64,000 nucleotides of DNA from a virus: positions 32,001-96,000 of the IMG/VR virus record IMGVR_UViG_3300036820_000005; one strand, written 5' to 3'. Positions 18,784 through 30,507 of this stretch are shown piece after piece (positions within the stretch are counted from its first letter, which is position 1; each line of letters begins with the position of its first letter). Under the pieces are notes generated by a model. It had not been told where the DNA came from, searched no databases, and worked only from the letters and a program-made list of their open reading frames with translations. A program made the translations under genes and the position numbers.

Positions 18784-19101
18784 ATGACCGCCCAGTTCGT
18801 GAAGATCGAGACCGTGCCCGCCGTCGTGGAGGCGGCCCGCTACCGGTACGGCCAGCCGCTCGACGAGATACGCGCGATCGCCCTGCGCGGCAGCCACGCC
18901 GCCCAGATCGTCGAAGTGCCCGAATGGCGGCTGCTGCTCGTCCGCACCGGCCCCCCCGAGGACCACCCGTTCTACGAGGTGGTCGCTGACGGGACGTGGC
19001 TGGTGTACGACCCGGCCGACGGGAAGCTGGCCGCGTGGGACGACGACGAGTTCGCCGAGGAGTACCGGGCGCTCCGGCAGGCAGGCGCTGATGTGGGCTA
19101 G
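18784..19101 (+). CDS. Hypothetical protein (Y..G.PLDE family)
   Basis: SD AAGGAG; paralog of the 7887 and 26706 ORFs. Confidence 0.75.
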   Translation: MTAQFVKIETVPAVVEAARYRYGQPLDEIRAIALRGSHAAQIVEVPEWRLLLVRTGPPEDHPFYEVVADGTWLVYDPADGKLAAWDDDEFAEEYRALRQAGADVG

Positions 19102-19200
19102 GCCGAAGCGCCGCGCATGGTTCAGCGACCTGCGAGCTGACCTGTCCAGGCTGCACGCATGCCGCGGCACCGGACCGGACCCTCTGCTGGCGGCGGCGCG

Positions 19201-19994
19201 GTGAAGGAGACCATCTACCTGGCCGTATCGCGGACCAAGATCGAGCGGATGACGAAGCGGCTGCCGGACCTCCAGCGCGGCGAGATCCCCGTCAAGCTCC
19301 TGATCGAGGTCGACCCGGCCGCGTTCGGCGAACCCGTCCTCGAGCAGCATGTGCGGGTGACGGACTGGCGGGAAGGGATCGACATCCGGCCGGTCGATGT
19401 CCAGGACGGGATCATCACCGAGAGGGAAGCGGCGATGATCCGGGAAACCCGCCTAGCGGAGCTGACCGCGATCCTGGAGGCACGCGGCTACATGATCACC
19501 CCGCCGGTTGCCGCGGCAGCCGGGCAAGAGGAAGGCTTGACGGCATGACACCCGAACACGTCGAGGGCATGTGGCGCCGGATCAACGAACTCGCCGGGAC
19601 CAACCCGGCTGAGGCCGCCCGCACCAAGCAAGACCACTACCTGTCGGTCCTGGTCGCGATCGCTAACGGGAACGCGCAACCCGACCCGGCGAGTCTCGCG
19701 CGGGCGGTGCTGCGGCAGGTAGCCGAGAGCGGGCCGACGGCTGACCAGGCCGAACCTGCCGCCAAGGCGTCGAGTGGCCCCGGCTGGCCACGGGACACGC
19801 AGCCGGCAGGGCAGTCTTCCACCGACGGTGCTGGCCGCCAGTGGGTGACGGACTTGACCGGCCGGGCGTGGATCGAAGCTGACGGCCTGTGGTATCCGTC
19901 GCATCCCGAGACGATGAGCGCTGAAGAGGCCGAGCTGGCCGAGACCCGCCGGCAAGCCTCGCAGCGGCTCCAAAGGTACCGACAGGAAGGCTAG
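19201..19994 (+). CDS. Two hypothetical ORFs (19201-19548, 19545-19994)
   Basis: Protein-like composition; coupling. Confidence 0.6.
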
Positions 19995-22900
19995 ACGCCA
20001 TGGCTGACGAGCTGGAGCCGGTGGTGCTGCCGGACACGCTGAAGCACATTCAGGTGGCGGCCAGCCTGGCTGCCGAGGCGACACGCCCGCTGGTGCATGC
20101 CCTCCGCGACCTGGGCCGCGCCATCGTGACCCAGAAGGAGGCTAGACGGCATGGCTGAGGACCGGCCGACCTTCAACGAGGCGGCGGCCGAGTTCCAGTC
20201 CGCTCTCGTCGAGCTCATCATCCTTAGGACGTTCCCGTGGATGACCAGGCTGCTGCGGTGGGCGACCAGGCTGCTCGTGAAGTGCCGAGACGGCATGGAG
20301 CTTCGCCTAGAACGCGACCCGGCCCTGACGACCGGGCACTGCCTGATGCTGCGTATGGGCCGCCGCGAATGGTTCGCCTGGTGGGATCGGCGGCCCCGCT
20401 TCGCAACGTGGAAGGAAGGCTAGACGCCATGGCTGAAGACGTGGACGACCAGTTGCGGGCGACGCTCGCGAAGGCCGCAGCGGCGAAGGTGCTGCTGATC
20501 GACGGGCCGATGCGCGGCCAGATGTTCGACGGCCCAGGCAGCGCCGCGATCTACTACCAGCAGCCGCCGCAGAGCCTCGGCGAGGAACCCAGCGAGGGCG
20601 CGTACCGGATCGGGTCCTACCGGCTGTGTGGCCGGAAGGTGCTGCTCGGCACGATCGACCCGGACTCGCTGACCGAGCAGACGCTCAACGACGTGTTCTG
20701 GACGTGGCTGGCCAGCGAGGATGCCCTGCTCGTGTCCGAACTGCCCGTCCCGCAGCCCGCCGGGCAGAAGGAAGGCTAGACGGCATGGGTAAGTGGCTGT
20801 CCCGCTACCAGTACAGGCGGACGCAGGGGTTCGGCCCGGTGGCCGCGTTCCGTTTCGCCAGCCGTGGCCTGCGCGCGCTGGACGCGGCCACCCGGCTTAG
20901 GCATGGGCCGCCTGAGACGGGGGCGTGGAAGACAGGAGACACCTTCAAGGATGGCGTCCGCTCAGGGACCTACACGGAACTCCCGCCACCGGGGAGCTGG
21001 CTGCCCGCCGAGGGACCGGGGGAGGGCAGACGGCATGGCTGACGAGCAGGGCGTCACGCCCGACGAGGCACTAGCTCAGATCGCTTTCGAGGCGTGGCGC
21101 GACTACAGCGACGGCAACAGGTTGTGGAGCGACGTCACCGGGAGCGAACGCGAGGCGTGGGAAGCAGCAGCAGGAGAAGTCGCAGACGCAGTGCGGCAGC
21201 GGCACGGCCTGCCTGAGGACGTCCGCGAGCTGCTGACCCTGATCAGCGAAGGCCACGTCCGGAAACGGGAGCACGCCATGCACCGGGCCACTGGCCTGCT
21301 GGAGAAGTACCGAGGGGAGACGCCATGACTGAGGTCCGATACGAGCGAGGTCGCGCCGACCCCGTCGGCATATTCAACGTCCACACGCGCGGCCGGATCT
21401 ACCACGGCGACGACGACACCCAGTGCGAGCATGGCGTCGACCTGACCCGCGAACTGCCCCGGTACAACCCGCCCGGCCGGCTCGGCGACGTGATCCTGCC
21501 GCTCCCGCTGCTCTGCACCGCGGGCCGGGCCTTGACCCGCCTGGAGTTCGACGACCAGGCCGGATTCATCGCGGCACCGGCGGCCACGCTGTCGGCTGCC
21601 CTGGTGCTCTCCGACAAAGCGGCCCTGGCCGGAGCCGGCACGATCACCGCCATGCCGCCCGATCCCAGGTACGGGGCCGGTTACAGGGACGGCGGGAACA
21701 GCGTCATCGCCGACATCCGCATCCAGTTCGACGACGCCGCCGACACGATGGACGACCTGCTCGGGTTCTTCCGCCGCCTGACCGGCGACCCTGACCTTGC
21801 ATGGCCCGGACACGAGGAAGGCTAGACGATGGCTGACGAGACCGAGGTCACCTGGCCTGAGCCGAGGCCGGTCCTCCCGGTCACAGGCGAGGTTGACGAG
21901 TTCACGCTGACCGGCGACGGCCGCCTGGTGCCTAAGCCAGGACCAGGCGAGACAGCCGAGCTGGTCGCTGGCCAACTGAAGCGCGCGATCGACCAGGACC
22001 CCCGGGCCAAGCTGATCGGCGAGCTTGAGCACCAGCTCGCCGAGCACAGGTCGATCGTCTACCTGCTCGTGGAACGGCTCGGCGGGCACGTCCTGATGCC
22101 CGACATCGACCTGATCCAGCTCCCGCAGGAGGCCGGGCTGACGTGGTGGGAGTCCCGGGCCGACGGCGGCTGGCACCTGTCCACCAGAAGGGGGCCAGGC
22201 GCTGCTAAGCCCGCGCAGGACGACCGGACTCCATGGCAGGCCGATCGTGCCCGTGTAGAGGCTTCCGGCAAGTGGCCTCCGTCATGGGGTCCGTTCCACC
22301 GGCACTTTGCTAACGACGCGGTCCACCGAGACGGCGGCCAGGAATGCGATCAGCCCGGTACTCCCCGGCGGGTCTACGTGTTCGACGACGACTATCTGCA
22401 CGCGCACGAGCTGGCGGTAGCCCGGTGGGCCATCCAGCACCCGGACTTGTTTGAGGAGGCTTAGATGGCTGAACGTGAACCGATCCAGCCGATCGTTCCC
22501 GAACCGATCCGGATCGACGACGACAACTACGCCGAGGGTCACTGGGATTACCCCCGCCGCTGCGTCGACATAGAGATGGCCCTCGACGTCGCGCGTGAGC
22601 GTGTCGAGGAGTGGGATCAGAGGACCGACCCGAGCGGCTGGTGGCACGAACGCCCGTACTGGATAGCGCTGCACAACGAAGTGGTGCGGCTGCGCCGGGA
22701 ACTACCCGCCGACGTGCGCGAGTTCCTGGTCGGCATGGCGACCACGTGGACGCTCCAGGCCGCTCAAGACCTGCTGGTAGCTGTCAGCCGTGGGGGAGAG
22801 GGCGCTGCCGCGATCGACGCAGCTGAGGCCCGGGTCGGCGCGATCCTGCTGCTTGAGAAGTACGGATGGGAAGGGTAGACGGCATGCATATCCGCACCCC

Positions 22901-23720
22901 TGCCTGCAAGGGCGCCTGGTACGACACCGACGAGTCGGCGGCCGCGCATGGCCCGCACGAGTTCTTCCCCGACCCGCTGCTCGGCGCGAGCCGTTGCCCC
23001 GGCTGGAGCGATGGCGATGCCCGCGCCACCGACCTGGAGGCCCGACTCCGCAGCCACGTGGAGGGCCGGGCGATGGTAGCCGGCGTCCGACTCGAAGTGT
23101 CTCCGGCGGTCCTGGCCGAGTTGACCTGGCTGACAGAGCCGTCTCTCTCCGAGTGTCCTGTCATGCCAGCTGCCCCTGTGGACAGGCTGTATGGCGTGCC
23201 GATCGTCGCGACCCGCATGGAAGCCGGGACGTGGCGGCTGCTGGCCGCTGACGGCACGCTGATCGACACGTCGGCCGTACCGAGAGGCATCACACCGGAC
23301 CCCAGCGGCTTGCGTCACCCGCTGTCCGTCGAGTACCGCAAGACCGGCCTGCCCGCCTACGGGGACGCCACCGGTCGGCTCCTCACCGACGACGAGATCG
23401 CCGCACGCCTCGCCGCTGCGGCTGATGGCGCCCCGCCGAGCCTGGCGTCCACCCGGGACTGGCTCGACACGACCACCGCTAAGCTGGCCCGCCTCGCCGT
23501 CCTCCAGCAGGAACACGACCTGCAACAGCAGGTGATCTGGCTGCTGGTCCACCGGCTCGGCGGGACGGTACGGATCACCGACGACGAACTGGCCGGGCTC
23601 CCCGCCCACCTGCCGCTGGCCTTCCAACGCGACGACGACGGCATCGGCATCACCGCAGAGCCGTGGATCGCGCCGCCCGGTATCGGACCGCTACCGACAG
23701 ATGAGGGCTAGACGGCATGG
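19528..23720 (+). repeat. Dispersed junction repeat GGAAGGCTAGACG(G/C)CATGG(C/G)T
   Basis: About 11 variants at gene boundaries (about 19530, 19985, 20136, 20413, 20769, 21021, 21314, 21816, 22454, 22869, 23703). Confidence 0.75.
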
Positions 23721-25847
23721 CCACTGACCCGCCAGCTAGCGGACCGCCGATGAACGCGATGCCGCCAGCTGACTTCACCGCCGAACTCCGGGCCGCAGCC
23801 CAGGACGAACAGCTCAACAAGGCCCTGGCCGCCCTGCACTGTGCCGCTGGGGCAGCCGGGATACCAGACGCGCAGCCGGGCAGCATCGCCGAGGTCGGCG
23901 CCCTTATCGCCGCCAGCTACGCCAATCTCCGCAGGGAGCTGGATGAGCGCACCCGCCAGGGCAACCGTGCCGATCGGGCGATTGTGGCGCTCCGCGAGAA
24001 GGCGATCGCCGCCTTGTCGACCAGCCAGCACAGCATGACGATAAGCGGCGGGCTGCCGTTCTGCACCTGCGGCCTGTCCCTGGCTGGCGGCCGCGCGTCA
24101 GAGACGTTCGTCGACCACGTCCTGCCGTTGCACGCCTGGGTGGCGGGCGCGGCCGACCGGATCCGCGCGCTGTGCCGCGACGAAACCATCGTCTGGGGCG
24201 GCCCGAATGGCAACGAATCCGCGTACGTGGCGGACGTCCTAGCAGCCCTGGACGGCCAGCATGGCTGAGCAGCAACGGGCTGGCTACCTGGCCGGGGATG
24301 CTGAACCGCTCCCGGACCTGCCGCACGACCCCGGCGGCGTCTACTGCGGGGTCGGCACTGGCCCTCCGAAGCCCGGCCACCCCGAGTACCGCCGCTGCCA
24401 TTGCGGGCAGTGGTACGGCTGGTCCGGCAGCTGGCAGTCCATACAGCATCCGCCGCGACGCTGGCTCAAGCGGCACGGCCTGGACGCCGGGGAACTGCTG
24501 GATTACGGCGGCAAGGTAGACGGCGGCTTCCTCCGCTCGCGGCCGCCGCTGCGCCTTCGCATCCGCTGGCTGCTGGAGAGGATCAGGAATGGCTAGGCTT
24601 CCGCTGCCCGGCTGGCTGGCCCGGCAGCTGCTCGGCTCGATCCCGACCGGGCCCTGCCAGGTCAAGCTGATCACCAGCTCGCCGGTCACGCCCCTGGAAC
24701 AGGAACTCCCGTCGCCCTGGCCTGGCGACGGGCTCGATTCGGTGAGATACGCGGCGCACGCCGCCACCGAATGGAACTGGCTGGGCAGACCGGAGGTCAC
24801 CGATGGGTAAGCGGCAGGCCACCGTCTGGGCAGACGGCGACTCCTGGTACTTCGCCCTGGCCCGCCCTGGCCGTGTCGCTCGAGCATGGGACTGGCTGAT
24901 GCGCCGCCCGCTGATAGCCCGCTGGCAGCTGCGGAACTGGCAGCAGATCGGCTTCACAGAGGACTCGGACGAATCGGAGCCGGAGGGCACCAATGGGTAA
25001 GCCGCTGCCGCCACCACTAGCCCCGTGGCCTGTCCGTGCCTGGTCGCGGGTCTGGTGCTACCTGTCGTGGCCGTGGCAGGTCCGCCAGATGAAGGCCCTC
25101 GGGTTCCGCCGGGTCGGGTGGATGACCTGGGAAACCGGGCCGGAGCTGCGCGCGGAGATAACCGAGCAGATCCTCACGCTGCCTGGCGTCACCGGCGTCC
25201 CGGCCGACCTTGACCAGCCGTCCTCGTTCCAGTACCCGCACGGGGTCACCGCCGCGCAGGCTGCTGAGCAGTTCGACTGGCTCACTGCCCACGCGAGGGA
25301 AGGCGGCTGGACGGCTATCGGCAGCGGCTATGCTGTCGCGCCGCCAGGCACGCCGGAGCCGACGCTGTCGGAGTTCCTGAAGGCGACCCACCGCCCCTCC
25401 CGATGGGACGACCCGGACGAGGTAGAGCGCTTCTGCGATGCGATCCTGACGCCATCCGGCCAGGCCGGGCCGGTCGTTAACACGCCGTGGGCTGACCTGG
25501 GGTATGACGTCCTAGCCGACATCCACGAGGTTGGGCAGGAGCGACCGTTCGCCAACCTGGCCGGCTCGTCGGCAACCATTCAGTTCTCGTGGGGGCTGGA
25601 ACGCATGGCCGCTCTAGGCCGCGATCTGGTGATAGCCGCAGCCGAACGCCACGCACAGATCCACTGCGCGCCGGATGTGGTCGGCACGCTCCGCTGCTCG
25701 GCTGGCCAGGACGGTCGGGAAGCGCCGATGACGCTGGCGATCCTGCTCGGCGTCGACATCATCGCTGAGGGCGACATGGAGGCCGGCCGGTGGGAGCTGC
25801 GGAAAGGCGACACTGTGATCGACTCAGGCCGACTGGAGGAGCTGTAG
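20000..25847 (+). CDS. Array of small hypothetical genes (20000-20158, 20151-20423, 20429-20779, 20785-21042, 21035-21328, 21325-21825, 21829-22464, 22465-22878, 22884-23711, 23717-24268, 24261-24596, 24589-24810, 24803-25000, 24993-25847)
   Basis: Gapless tiling; most starts lie in an SD-stop-start junction. Confidence 0.65.
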
Positions 25848-25849
25848 CC

Positions 25850-26703
25850 GTGCAGTGGATGGAGGTGCCCACCCCGGCTGGCTTGCTGAGGGTCACGTTC
25901 CCGCAGATGGAAGTCGTGGACGGTCTGGACCTGGTGTCCAGTGTCACCGTTGCTGAGCCCTGGGCGACGCTGAACGGCAAGCCGGTCAGCATGGACGGGG
26001 CACGTGAAATCCTGGCCGCTATGCGATCCGCCGCCGGTCACCCGATGAACGCCCCGTCGAACTACCAGGGCAAGGCGACGATCACGGTCACGCTGGACAC
26101 CGGCTACGAGTACACGCTCGCACCGGTCCCGTACCACGGCGACACGCCAGAGGAAGCCGCCAAGCGGGCCATCGCGTTCGCTGGGCGGATCATGCTGAAA
26201 GACGAGGTGACGCATTGAGCCGGTGGAAGCGGATCTCGGTGGAGCTGTCCCATTCGTGGCCTGGCGAGCCGTACCTGCGGTTCGAACCGGCAGACGGGGG
26301 GCCGCCGGTGATGGTGGCCGTCGATGATGACGACCTCGCCCGGATCGGCCAGCTGCAGGGCGCGCTCGGCGTTCCTCCCGTCGGCTGGCTGGGCAGGTTG
26401 CGACCCCAGCCAGCCACGCTGACCGCAGAGCTGACCCTCGCGGACGGGAACGTCGTTCACGTGCCGCAGGACGTCCGCGCGCTGGCCGCCGCGCACAAGA
26501 GCAGGATCACGGTCAGGGTGCCGTGCGCCGCGGTGCCGTTCGGGGCGCGGATCGGCCGGGTGACGGTCCGCAACGAGCAGGATGTCGAAGCGGCGTACGT
26601 GTTCAATCCGCCTGTGCAGATCCCGACGACCGGTCATCTGGACGTGACGTTCAGCCCGCAGGATCTGCGGATCCCGGCGGGCTGGCTGCCCGAGGAGGTG
26701 TAG
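25850..26703 (+). CDS. Two hypothetical ORFs (25850-26218, 26215-26703)
   Basis: Junction motif; tiling. Confidence 0.6.
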
Positions 26704-26705
26704 CT

Positions 26706-27044
26706 GTGGCAATCCAGCGTTACCGACGCAGGCCCCAGACGGTCAAGCCCCGTGACACCGGACTGACCACAGCCCGGTACGACCCCGGCGAGCCGCTCGA
26801 CGACTTGCAGGCCGTCGCCCGGATGGCCAACCAGCTCGCTGAGCTGGCCGAAGCTGAGCTGCCGTCCGGCCGGGTCCTGGTCGTCAAGTACATCCACCTG
26901 TTCGGTAACGGTGACGGCGAGCCCGAGTTCGTCGTGGTGCTCCCGCGCGGGCTGCTGGGGTTCAGCCACGCGGCCGGTGACCTGACCGCTTACGACGGAC
27001 CCGGCGACCTGCGGCGCTGGTATGAGCCGGTGGAGGTGCTGTAG
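26706..27044 (+). CDS. Hypothetical protein (Y..G.PLD family paralog)
   Basis: ARYDPGEPLDDL. Confidence 0.65.
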   Translation: MAIQRYRRRPQTVKPRDTGLTTARYDPGEPLDDLQAVARMANQLAELAEAELPSGRVLVVKYIHLFGNGDGEPEFVVVLPRGLLGFSHAAGDLTAYDGPGDLRRWYEPVEVL

Positions 27045-27046
27045 CC

Positions 27047-27424
27047 GTGGACCCTGTAGCGTTCGCGGTGGCCCGGCTCGCCGAGGAAGAGGCGGGAGCC
27101 CAAGCTGCATCGCCTTGTGACTGGTATCCCACCGGGGAGGACGTCCTTGCCAGGTCGGCCGATCCGCATTGGGACGGTGTGGTGGTCGCCAACGCGGAAG
27201 GCGCTTACGCCGAGCACATCGCCCGCCACGACCCGGCCCGCACGCTCCGCGAGGCTGACGCCGACCGGAGGCTCTTGGCCCGGTACGAGCAGCTTCGGAA
27301 GCCGCGGACCCTCCGGGAGCGGGTGATCTTCCCGATGCTCGCCGAAGTGGTCCTTGCCTGCATCCGCGACCGTGTTGCTGTCTGGAGCGACCACCCGGAT
27401 TACGCGACGCTGGAGGACGTGTGA
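27047..27424 (+). CDS. DUF6221-like protein 1
   Basis: F..ARL.EEE, HIARHDPARTLRE, WSDHPDY. Confidence 0.75.
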   Translation: MDPVAFAVARLAEEEAGAQAASPCDWYPTGEDVLARSADPHWDGVVVANAEGAYAEHIARHDPARTLREADADRRLLARYEQLRKPRTLRERVIFPMLAEVVLACIRDRVAVWSDHPDYATLEDV

Positions 27425-27786
27425 TGGGGGACCCGGTAGTGTTCGGCCAGGCCCGCCTCGACGAAGACGAGCAGCAGACGCGCCATCTGCTGTGCCGCGC
27501 TCAGAACGTCTCCCTGGAGTTGAAGGAGCCGAAGCTGCTTGGCCGGCATATTCCCGGCTGGGACTCGTGGGGTGACGTCGAGAAGCTGTGCGAACGCGCG
27601 CTCCGTGAGGTCGAGTCGGGGCGGCGCATCCTGGCCCGCCACACCGAGTGCGCCCGGCGTGGCACCGGTCCTTGCTGGGAATTCCCGTACGGCGACCATG
27701 ACGTCTGCCGCGAGTTGGCCGACCTGCTGTACCGGTGGGCCGACCACGCCGAGTACGAGCCTGCTTGGCTGCCGGAGGAGGAGTAG
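27424..27786 (+). CDS. DUF6221-like protein 2
   Basis: F.QARLDEDE, ALREVES.RRIL, WADHAEY..W.PE. Confidence 0.7.
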   Translation: MGDPVVFGQARLDEDEQQTRHLLCRAQNVSLELKEPKLLGRHIPGWDSWGDVEKLCERALREVESGRRILARHTECARRGTGPCWEFPYGDHDVCRELADLLYRWADHAEYEPAWLPEEE

Positions 27787-27788
27787 CT

Positions 27789-28154
27789 GTGGACCCGATA
27801 ACGTTTGCCCACGCCCGGCTCAACGAGGAAGCCGCCCGCATCGAAGCCTCGATCGAAGGCGAGATCGAACGCTTGGCCGCTGACGGCGTCGAGGTTAACC
27901 GTAACGAGCTGCTGACGGATGATCCTCCGCACTACGAGTCGCCGTTCCTCCGCCCGCTCCGCGAGGTCGACGTACACCGGAAGCTCGCCCACCTGCACAG
28001 GCCCGTAGGGGACGGCGACGTATGCGCATCCCTGTGTCATGCGCGGGCTCCCGGAGTCATAGCGCAGTACCCGTGTCCATCGGCGCGCGTTCTTGCCACC
28101 CTGTGGCCTGATCATGCCGACTACGACCAGACCTGGAAGCCGGAGGAAGCGTAG
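27789..28154 (+). CDS. DUF6221-like protein 3
   Basis: FAHARLNEE, LREVD..R, YPC, WPDHADYDQTWKPE. Confidence 0.7.
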   Translation: MDPITFAHARLNEEAARIEASIEGEIERLAADGVEVNRNELLTDDPPHYESPFLRPLREVDVHRKLAHLHRPVGDGDVCASLCHARAPGVIAQYPCPSARVLATLWPDHADYDQTWKPEEA

Positions 28155-28156
28155 CC

Positions 28157-28555
28157 GTGGGTGATCCTCGCGTGACCGAAGACATGGTGACCCGCGCCTC
28201 GGAAGTGCTCTGGAGCGAGGTAAGTCCAGCCCACCTGGCGAATGTCCACGACTTCACCGACGCCGATATCGCGGCCGGGAAGCTCCACGAGGCCGACAGC
28301 GAAGCAACCGCCGAGAACCGGGCTATCGTCCGCCGTGTACTCGAGGCAGCCGTGCTGGGTCTCGGCAGCAGCGTGGTCGTGACCGAGTACGCCAACGACC
28401 TGAGCGGCGGCTGGCACCTCTGGGACACCGCGCCGTACATGGAGCGGGTCGCGCCGCTCGTACAGCGGATCGAGGCCGCCCGGACCAGCGGTTTCCGGAT
28501 CCGCCGTCGCACTGTGATCGTGGTCGACGACTGGACGGAGGTCACCGAGCCATGA
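28157..28555 (+). CDS. Hypothetical protein
   Basis: Junction motif. Confidence 0.6.
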   Translation: MGDPRVTEDMVTRASEVLWSEVSPAHLANVHDFTDADIAAGKLHEADSEATAENRAIVRRVLEAAVLGLGSSVVVTEYANDLSGGWHLWDTAPYMERVAPLVQRIEAARTSGFRIRRRTVIVVDDWTEVTEP

Positions 28556-28836
28556 CGTCCGCGGACCAGCTGGCATTCGCAGAGGCCCGGCTCGCCGAGG
28601 AAGAGGTCTTCTGGCGAACCCGCCTCGTGGTGATCGGCGCGGATCGCGCTCTCCGGGACATTGAGTTCAAGCAGGCGATCCTGCGCGGCTGCCGGGAGGC
28701 GTTCGCCTACAAGGATGGCAGCCAGGAGGAAGCAGAGATCTGGCGCGAGTACGCGACGGTGATCATGCCGCCGCTGCTTGCCGTCTGGGACGACCATCCG
28801 GACTACGACCAGACCTGGAAGCCGGAGGAGCCGTAA
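28552..28836 (+). CDS. DUF6221-like protein 4
   Basis: FAEARLAEEE, RALRDIE.K, WDDHPDYDQTWKPE. Confidence 0.7.
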   Translation: MTSADQLAFAEARLAEEEVFWRTRLVVIGADRALRDIEFKQAILRGCREAFAYKDGSQEEAEIWREYATVIMPPLLAVWDDHPDYDQTWKPEEP

Positions 28837-28957
28837 TCGTGCATAACTACAGGTCCGAGTACCGCCTGTGCGGTGTGAAGGTGCCGAGCCGCTGGTACCG
28901 GCGCCTCGGCCGGTTCATCCCTGAACGGCTCCGCGACGTCCGGTCGGTGGCCACGCC

Positions 28958-30294
28958 GTGACCGCCGTCATCCACATCGCCGGAGTGCAGGTCCAGGTCG
29001 GCACCCATCTCCGGCAGCGGTGTTCCTGGTGCGGCGCGGTCCTGTGCGACTACGAGCTGACCCTGATCGCCGTCCCTATCGGCCAGGACCCGACGCCGGG
29101 TATGTGGGAGACCGGCCGGCTGGTAGCGGTCGACGGGAACGTCTCCTACGTCGTAGACCACGAGGACGGCGTCGAGTTGCCCGAGGAGGCGTGCGCGCAG
29201 CTCGACCACGAGATCACCGCATGACCCGGCTGAGGATCACGCCCGGCGTGCCGGGCCGTCTCCGATGGGCAATCCGCGCTCCCCGCCGCCCGGTCAACCT
29301 GGCTGCGCGCCTGCGGATGTGGTGGTACGACTTCGCTGTGCACGTCCCGTTCGGCGACCGGGAACGCTGCCAGGACTGCGGCCGCGGCTACGTCCACTGG
29401 CACGCCCCCGACGACCTGTACGCCGAAGTCCACGGGTCACCGTATGGGCTGTTGTGCCCGGCATGCTTTACCCGGCAGGCCCGGGCGAAGGGCATCGTCG
29501 TCTGTTTCGAGGCGGCTGTCTTCCGCCGTGACGACGAGGTCCCCGCGTGACCGGCGGCCAGCCTGAAGAACTCGCCGTCGTCATCTACGACCGGCTAGGA
29601 AAGCGCGGCGGACTGGCCCCGGTCCTCGTCCACGCCGACGGCACCAACTGCTCCCACGCGGGCAGGCCGCAGCCGATCGCCAGCATGAGCGACGTCCCGG
29701 CCTGCCCGGCCGGGCAGCCAGTGACCGGCGTCCGCTTCGACGGGCGGACGCTCACCCTGGAGCAGGTGTACCGGTCGCTGAAGTCGATCGCCGAAGCGTG
29801 GACCAAGCTGCTCACGCCGAGCATGTCAGCGCTCCTCGCCGCAGCTGGGCCGCTGCTGGACGCTGACCCGCAGATCCGCGCGCTGGCCGCCGCAACCGCG
29901 GTGATCGACGAGGCACGCCAGCGGAACAGTAGCGCCGGAGCTGCCGAGGCATGACCGCTGAACCCCGCTGGGCCTGTGCCGAGCACGATAGGGAACTGGT
30001 GTACAACGAGGCCCTGTGCTGGCTGGAATGCCCCACTACGGGTTGCCAGGCCCGGATCACCGACGAGATGCGCGCCGAACTCGGCTGGGCCTCCTGATGG
30101 CCGCTGAGCGCCGCCCGTGGTGCTGTGCCCGGTGCGAGTCCCGGACGGTCGTCGCGCACTGCACCGGGGCTGGCTGCCCGTGGACCCGCTGCCTGAAATG
30201 CACGGCGATCTCGTACCTCTGGCGGGGTCGGCGCTGGTACCGCGGCGGGTACGACCGTCCTGGCCGACGCTCGACTGACTGGCAAGCCGGGTAG
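28958..30294 (+). CDS. Small Cys-rich ORFs (28958-29224, 29221-29550, 29547-29954, 29951-30097, 30097-30294)
   Basis: Coupled overlaps; CxxC motifs. Confidence 0.55.
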
Positions 30295-30478
30295 CCTGAC
30301 TGCTGGCGGTGACAAGCGGCGGGCGGTAGCCCGTCCTTCCGCTGCGGGATAGCCTTTGCGCACCCGTGGCGGATAGCCGCCCCTGCTTTTATGGTGGTCT
30401 CGCATCGTTGCAGCGCACGCCATTCCAGCGGTGTATGAGGGCGGCAGCCATCCGGACGGTTGGTGGGCCGCCCTTCGG

Positions 30479-30500
30479 CTGCCACTGGCCGCTTGACGCT
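30479..30500 (+). promoter_or_regulatory. Late-promoter-like motif CTGCCAC-N9-GACGCT
   Basis: ATG 7 nt downstream (leaderless geometry). Confidence 0.6.
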
Positions 30501-30507
30501 GCGTGGC

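Larger units (their letters stand above)
25836..28841 (+). repeat. Second junction repeat GGAGG(N)3-5GTAGC(C/T)GTG
   Basis: Six copies, at starts 25850, 26706, 27047, 27789, 28157 and 28839 (variant). Confidence 0.7.
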
